Assembly: GCA_003158475.1 (NCBI GenBank)
Contig: PMJR01000078.1
Location: 15,459 to 79,458, forward strand
Reading direction: 5' to 3'
Origin: Ignavibacteriota bacterium
GTDB lineage: Bacteria; Bacteroidota; Ignavibacteria; UBA10030; UBA6906
DNA length: 64,000 bases
Numbering within the stretch: the first letter of the stretch is position 1; every line of letters starts with the position of its first letter. Shown in pieces: positions 59,514 through 64,000 of this stretch. A program made the translations under genes and the position numbers. The notes under the pieces are model-generated. The model did no database searches. It was given only the letters and a program-made list of their open reading frames with translations, and had not been told where the DNA came from.

Positions 59514-61949
59514 TTACGCGCTCTCCTTCACTTCGTTCTCCGTCCCGTTCGGCGGCTTCATGTTTCCGTACGGCGCATTGTAGTACCCGTACCGGTCGCT
59601 GCCGTAGAAGCCGCCGTACGCTTCGCGCGCATTGAATTTGTTCAGCACAACGCCGACGACTTTGCCTCCTGCGCCGGCAAGATATTCAGAGGCCCGTTCC
59701 AGGGCGACAATGCGCGTCTCGCTACCCGCAACGACAAGCACCGCACCGTCGACCATCGCCGAGAGCGTGGCGGCATCGCTGACAGCGAGAACCGGGGACG
59801 CATCGATCAACACCCAATCGTATGCCTGATTAAGGTCCCGCAGGAATTTCGCCATATGCTTTGAACCGAGAATCTCCGGATCCTTCATCTGGAGGTGCCC
59901 CGCACAGAGGACATCGAGACCCGGGAGTATGTTCTTGTGAATTGCCTCCTGCGCGGTCGCGTGCCCTGTGAGCACTTCGCTGAGGCCCGGCGACACGTCA
60001 AAGCCGAACATCGCATGCACGGCCGGACGCCGGAGATCGGTGTCGACGATGAGCGCCCTCCGTTCCGCCTGTGCAAAGGCAAAGCCCAGGTTGGCCACCG
60101 TCGTCGTCTTCCCCTCGCCGGGGTTCGGACTCGTGATCACCACCTTCCGGGTCCTGTCCTCGGACAGGGCAAACTCGAGCCTGGATCTGAGGCGGCGATA
60201 GGCCTCCGCAGCGGGGGAAAAGGGCTCAAGGAGCGAGACAAGAGTCTGGTCGTACTCCCTGCCGTTGTAGGTGGTTTTCGAGTGCGGCGCCGGCGCGGAG
60301 GAAGGCGCGCTTTCCCCTTTCCCCGACACCGGCCCGAGCTTGTCGGCCCGTCCTTTGAAGCCGCTCAGACGAAACGGGAGAGACCCGTTGTTCTCCGGGC
60401 CCCCCATCTTCCCGACGAACGACAGAAGATGGTACCCGCGCCGTTTCAGGTCCTCCGGTGTGTTGATGCGAACGTCAAGATATTCCTGCACGAAGACGGT
60501 CACACCTCCCACTCCCAGGCCAAGAAAGACCCCCACCAGCAGGTTGAACAGGAGATTGGGCGAAACGGGGGAGGTCGACACGACCGCCCTGTCGATGATG
60601 TCGATATATCCGAAATCCGACTTCTCTCCGATCGCGGCGTCATTGTAGCGCTCCTCCACGATCAGGTACAGTTTTTCCGCGCTCAGCCGCGTGCGCTGGA
60701 GTTTCGCTAGTTCGATGCTCTTGCGCGGTATGCCCCCAAAGTCGTTTTCATACTGACGGATCACGTTGCCGAGAGCGGCCTTTTTCGCTTGCAGGGCCTG
60801 GATCTGCATCTGCGTCTCGAAGATCTTCTGCTTCGCCTGCACGAGGTACCCCGCGGGGTCCGCCTGTGCGGCTCCGGTCTCCCCCGCAGGCAACGCCTGG
60901 AGGTACGACATGGTCCTGTCATCCAGCTTCTTCTGGAGGTTGGCTATCCCCTGTTCTATCGACTTCTGCCTCTCGGCGTAGACCTCCTTCGAGACCCCGG
61001 TGTTGTTCGGGTTCGCCAGGACATCGCGCTGGATCTGAAGGTTGGCAAGCTGTTCCTGGATGAGCTTGATGTAAGGGTCGTTCGCTTGCTTCATCACCCT
61101 CACGAATTCCTTTTCCTGCTCGGGAAGGCGCTCCTGGTACGTCGTCAGGGTCTTCTGGAGCGATTCGAGGTCGATGTCGATGGCATCACGGCTTGCTTCC
61201 AGCTGCGAGAGCTGTGTCGTGACCCGCGTGGCCTGCGCGTCAAGCGAGACGACGCCGGAGGACTCCATGTACGATTTCAGGACGTTCTCACACGAATCCA
61301 GCGTGCGCCGCTTGGCGATCAGCTGGTCCTGCAGGAACTCACGGCGGGATTTCACGCGCGACTTGCCTGAGCTGATGCCGTAGCTCTGATACACTTCCGC
61401 ATAGCTGTTGGCCAGCACGGCCGCCTCGCGGGGGTCCGCGCTCGCCGCAGTGATCCTGATGACGTCGGATTCACGCTCGGGATTGAAGTCCATCGCCTTC
61501 TGAATGCGGAAGGCAACCTGAGCCACACCGCTGAGAATCCGCGAAGAGTCTTTCCCGGGATTTTTCGCCTGTACGACCGGCGCCAGGTCATGCCTCTGAT
61601 CGTCCAGATAGGGTTCCTGCAACATCTTTCTCGCGACAGCTTCCGCCATCGTCCGGGATCTCAGCTGCCCGAGTTCGTTTGCGATCTTGTTGTCAATCGG
61701 GTTCCTTGTCGCTTCGGTGATTGAATACGATGTCCCCAGCTCGCGGATGTTCAGCAGCACGAGGGAAGTCGACTCGTAGCTGGTTTTCGAGGCAATGGTG
61801 AAGATGATCATCCCAAGGACGAAGACACCAAGTGAACCCAGGATGATCCACTTGCCCCGGAGGACCGTGGAGATGTAATCCTGGATGGAGAACGAATGGG
61901 ACCCCTCTTCAGACGCCGCGTAGAGCGGATCCCCGTTAAACTGGTTCAT
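59514..61949 (-). CDS. Polysaccharide co-polymerase with bacterial tyrosine autokinase domain (Wzc/PCP-2a type)
   Basis: N-terminal TM plus Wzz-like coiled-coil periplasmic domain and a second TM (LLFNLLVGVFLGLGVGGVTVFV). Walker A SPNPGEGKTTTVANLG, Walker A' LIVDTDLRRP, Walker B VLIDASPVLAVSDA. Tyr-rich tail YGGFYGSDRYGYYNAPYG. Confidence 0.9.
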   Translation of the reverse strand: MNQFNGDPLYAASEEGSHSFSIQDYISTVLRGKWIILGSLGVFVLGMIIFTIASKTSYESTSLVLLNIRELGTSYSITEATRNPIDNKIANELGQLRSRTMAEAVARKMLQEPYLDDQRHDLAPVVQAKNPGKDSSRILSGVAQVAFRIQKAMDFNPERESDVIRITAASADPREAAVLANSYAEVYQSYGISSGKSRVKSRREFLQDQLIAKRRTLDSCENVLKSYMESSGVVSLDAQATRVTTQLSQLEASRDAIDIDLESLQKTLTTYQERLPEQEKEFVRVMKQANDPYIKLIQEQLANLQIQRDVLANPNNTGVSKEVYAERQKSIEQGIANLQKKLDDRTMSYLQALPAGETGAAQADPAGYLVQAKQKIFETQMQIQALQAKKAALGNVIRQYENDFGGIPRKSIELAKLQRTRLSAEKLYLIVEERYNDAAIGEKSDFGYIDIIDRAVVSTSPVSPNLLFNLLVGVFLGLGVGGVTVFVQEYLDVRINTPEDLKRRGYHLLSFVGKMGGPENNGSLPFRLSGFKGRADKLGPVSGKGESAPSSAPAPHSKTTYNGREYDQTLVSLLEPFSPAAEAYRRLRSRLEFALSEDRTRKVVITSPNPGEGKTTTVANLGFAFAQAERRALIVDTDLRRPAVHAMFGFDVSPGLSEVLTGHATAQEAIHKNILPGLDVLCAGHLQMKDPEILGSKHMAKFLRDLNQAYDWVLIDASPVLAVSDAATLSAMVDGAVLVVAGSETRIVALERASEYLAGAGGKVVGVVLNKFNAREAYGGFYGSDRYGYYNAPYGNMKPPNGTENEVKESA

Positions 61950-61988
61950 GGTGGAATCTCTTGGTTGTGTGAGTATTTCTGGATTTCA

Positions 61989-62519
61989 TCAGTGGCCGCG
62001 GGTGGTCACGATGACCGTGGTCACGGTCGCCGTGACGATCGCGGCGCTCGTCACCACGGAAATCAGGTCTCTGATATTCGCCCAGCTCGACCGATCGAAG
62101 ACGATGGTATCTCCCGGCTGCAGGATCAGGGACGCATCGTTCACACGGTACAGTTTGTCGAGATCGACAAGCAGTTCCGACTTTGTGACTCCGCCTTCGG
62201 TCTTCAGGAAGCGCGTGAGCCTGATCGCACTGAGATCCGCATCCGCGGCGGGTCCCCCGGCGTAGGACACGAGCTGGACGAGGTCGGTCGCGATCGAGAC
62301 CTCGTACCGGCCCGGATGGTTCACAAGGCCCCAGATGTTGACCTGCATGGTGAGCTCACCCGGTTTCGCAATGGAATAATTGGCCGGGGTTGCGTACGCG
62401 GGTTGATTGAGCGAGACCCCGCTCTCCCGTCCCTGCGCCCGGACCCATGATGTCTGGAGACAGAGGACACAGAGGCAGAGGGGAGCAATCAGCCGCACGA
62501 GTGGGGTCTTCATAGTCAT
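61989..62519 (-). CDS. Small periplasmic/outer-membrane polysaccharide export protein (single SLBB/OPX-like domain)
   Basis: Signal peptide MTMKTPLVRLIAPLCLCVLCLQTSWVRAQ. VNIWGLVNHPGRYEV, LVQLVSYAGGP and LQPGDTIVFDRS resemble the Wza Poly_export/SLBB core. I prefer ATG at 62519 over the track start at 62546. Confidence 0.65.
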   Translation of the reverse strand: MTMKTPLVRLIAPLCLCVLCLQTSWVRAQGRESGVSLNQPAYATPANYSIAKPGELTMQVNIWGLVNHPGRYEVSIATDLVQLVSYAGGPAADADLSAIRLTRFLKTEGGVTKSELLVDLDKLYRVNDASLILQPGDTIVFDRSSWANIRDLISVVTSAAIVTATVTTVIVTTRGH

Positions 62520-62577
62520 CTTTCCCGATAGTTTGTCATCACACATCGTACATGCAGGATCGGCGTCACTCCACCGG

Positions 62578-64000
62578 TTACCGCACCAGAGACAGTTTGT
62601 GCACGAACGTCAGTCCCGTGGAAGTTACGAGACGGACAAAATAAACCCCCGAGGCAACGGTGTTGCCGTGATCGCTTCTGCCGTCCCATCTGAACCAATA
62701 CCTTCCGCCGGTAATCTGCCCGTCGTACAGCGTGCGAATTTCCGCGCCGAGGATATTGTACACCTTGAGGCGTATCTCCGATGAGAACGGTACGGAGACG
62801 GGAATCGTGGTCTCGGGATTGAACGGGTTCGGGAAATTGTTTTCCAGCACAAAGGCCTTCGGTATCATGGCATCGAGCTGACTCCGCACCGCGGCGGCGG
62901 TCCCGACGACGACCTTGAATTTCGACACATCGGTGGACGGCGTGAATGCATAGCCGGACGATGCTCGCAGATCCGCCGGGCGGGCCCGATCCTCGTCGAT
63001 GAGGTACACCTGGAACTGCGCCGGGACCGTGCCGACGTCCCTGAACCCCAGTTGCACGGGGGTGCGGAGCGCGGTCCTGACCTCGAACTCCCATGTCTCT
63101 CCATCCTTGAACAGCGGGCGGATGTCCGTTGCAAACGCACTATTGCGACGATCCCATTCGGGACGGTTGAACAACGTCGCGGGGATCCCCGGCAGAAGCC
63201 TGGGCCGATGGAAGTCCAGCGAATCGAGCCCGGTCTTCGCCCCGGGAGCAACGCCCAGCGCACTCACACGTTCCACGGATCCCGCCGCATACAGATCGAT
63301 GCCCACGGTCCATGAGCCCGTGCCCGCCACGGCCGCCATCTTTGGAGCGGGTGTTCCCAGTTTGAACGGCACCCTCAGCACGAACATGTCGTCCGTGTTC
63401 TCAAAATAGTATCCGAGATAGGGTGCCAGGACGGTCGATGTTCCGTCATAGTTGCCCATGAAGCTGAAGATCTTGTGGGCCGGGTCCATCGGGGGATTGT
63501 TTGCGGTGACGCTCGACCAGGTCACTGTATCCTTGTACGGATTCGTGATGATGTTCCACCCGGTATGGAGCGGGATCATTGCCATGCCTCCCGCATCAAG
63601 CGGTGATGATGCAACGGTATCCTTGACGATCCAGGTGCTCCGCTTGATGAGCCAGAACCCCCTCCCCGTCGTGAACGTGAATGTCGGACCCGGGGAATAC
63701 CACAGAAGGCTTGAGGTGGTATCCGCGTTCCCGTTGTCCCACGTCATATCCCAGTCCGTGTGCGGCGCACCCGTCATGTAGTTCGTCACGGGCGTCGGGA
63801 CCGTCGCCCCTGCGGCGTTCAGTGTGCCTGCTCCGGGAATGCCGACCAGCCGCCAGTCGGCGGACTTGTACTCCGTCGGACCGCTGTGCACCGGGAATGA
63901 CACCGAATCGAGAATAGCGATCGTCCCCGCATACGCCGCCACGAAATTCCAGGGGGAGGAGAATGAACTCGATGACGTGGAGTTCGTCGAAGCAACCCGC
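62578..64000 (-). CDS. Secreted protein with T9SS-type C-terminal sorting domain, N-terminus beyond the window
   Basis: C-terminal FPNPFNPETTIPVSVPFSSEIRLKVYNILGAEIRTLYDG...GVYFVRLVTSTGLTFVHKLSLVR matches the Por/T9SS type A CTD pattern (NPFNP...VYD/N..G..V). The track start at 63942 is a GTG. The frame stays open to base 64000 (…SSSSFSSPWNFVAAYAG), so the gene is 5'-truncated. Confidence 0.75.
   Translation of the reverse strand, partial: RVASTNSTSSSSFSSPWNFVAAYAGTIAILDSVSFPVHSGPTEYKSADWRLVGIPGAGTLNAAGATVPTPVTNYMTGAPHTDWDMTWDNGNADTTSSLLWYSPGPTFTFTTGRGFWLIKRSTWIVKDTVASSPLDAGGMAMIPLHTGWNIITNPYKDTVTWSSVTANNPPMDPAHKIFSFMGNYDGTSTVLAPYLGYYFENTDDMFVLRVPFKLGTPAPKMAAVAGTGSWTVGIDLYAAGSVERVSALGVAPGAKTGLDSLDFHRPRLLPGIPATLFNRPEWDRRNSAFATDIRPLFKDGETWEFEVRTALRTPVQLGFRDVGTVPAQFQVYLIDEDRARPADLRASSGYAFTPSTDVSKFKVVVGTAAAVRSQLDAMIPKAFVLENNFPNPFNPETTIPVSVPFSSEIRLKVYNILGAEIRTLYDGQITGGRYWFRWDGRSDHGNTVASGVYFVRLVTSTGLTFVHKLSLVR

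Noticed and set aside
1-64000. Search by eye for tRNA, rRNA, CRISPR arrays, IS elements or transposases, integrases, toxin-antitoxin modules or phage-defence genes.
   Set aside because: None found. Intergenic gaps are short (the largest are about 218 and 232 nt) and lack tRNA-like or repeat-spacer structure. No ORF shows transposase, integrase or nuclease motifs. A computational scan (tRNAscan-SE, Infernal, CRISPR finders) is still advisable.

Overview
GC-rich bacterial chromosomal segment in which every gene I can support (about 48 CDS) lies on the minus strand. Many junctions are translationally coupled through ATGA/GTGA overlaps. The + strand ORFs in the track look like antisense artefacts. 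I found no tRNA, rRNA, CRISPR array, IS element or integrase by eye.

The window is one very large cell-surface glycan locus:
- Left end: Wzx flippase (cut by the window edge), Wzz-type co-polymerase and a large Wza/OPX exporter.
- Housekeeping block: prfA, DUF1385, a second flippase, nadC, a Trm112-like sORF that is not in the ORF track, a YbgC-type thioesterase and accA.
- About 34 kb of sugar-modification and assembly genes: 2 GT2 plus a GT2 fused to a degenerate phosphoglycosyl-transferase, a GT-A-like protein, 5 GT4 including a GT4-GT4 fusion, 3 DegT aminotransferases, 3 NodB deacetylases, a CapK/PaaK-type adenylating enzyme, two initiating phosphoglycosyl transferases, rfbB plus an RmlC-like cupin, a PglF/CapD-type dehydratase, a Wzy-family polymerase, and a neuB-neuC-neuA nonulosonic-acid cassette.
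- Wzm/Wzt ABC-2 glycan exporter, with a C-terminal extension on Wzt.
- Right end: UDP-sugar dehydrogenase, Wzc tyrosine autokinase, a small SLBB/OPX protein and a secreted protein with a T9SS-type C-terminal sorting domain. That domain suggests an FCB-group lineage, which is an inference.

The most unusual content is a three-gene NRPS assembly line (C-A-T / C-A-T / C-A-T-TE) with its own Sfp-type PPTase, wedged between the dehydrogenase/Wzc genes and wzm/wzt. My by-eye Stachelhaus reads are Asn, Val and an unassigned DPENIGAVTK code. The terminal thioesterase carries GxCxG (Cys) instead of GxSxG.

Other points of interest:
- A protein-kinase-like ORF and an unclassifiable 473-aa ORF, both coupled to neuA.
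- A catalytically gutted PGT domain fused to a GT2.
- G9/G10 homopolymers inside a GT2 gene and an NRPS gene.
- Two sigma70-like promoters, one with a C7 tract in its spacer.

Novelty cannot be established without database searches.
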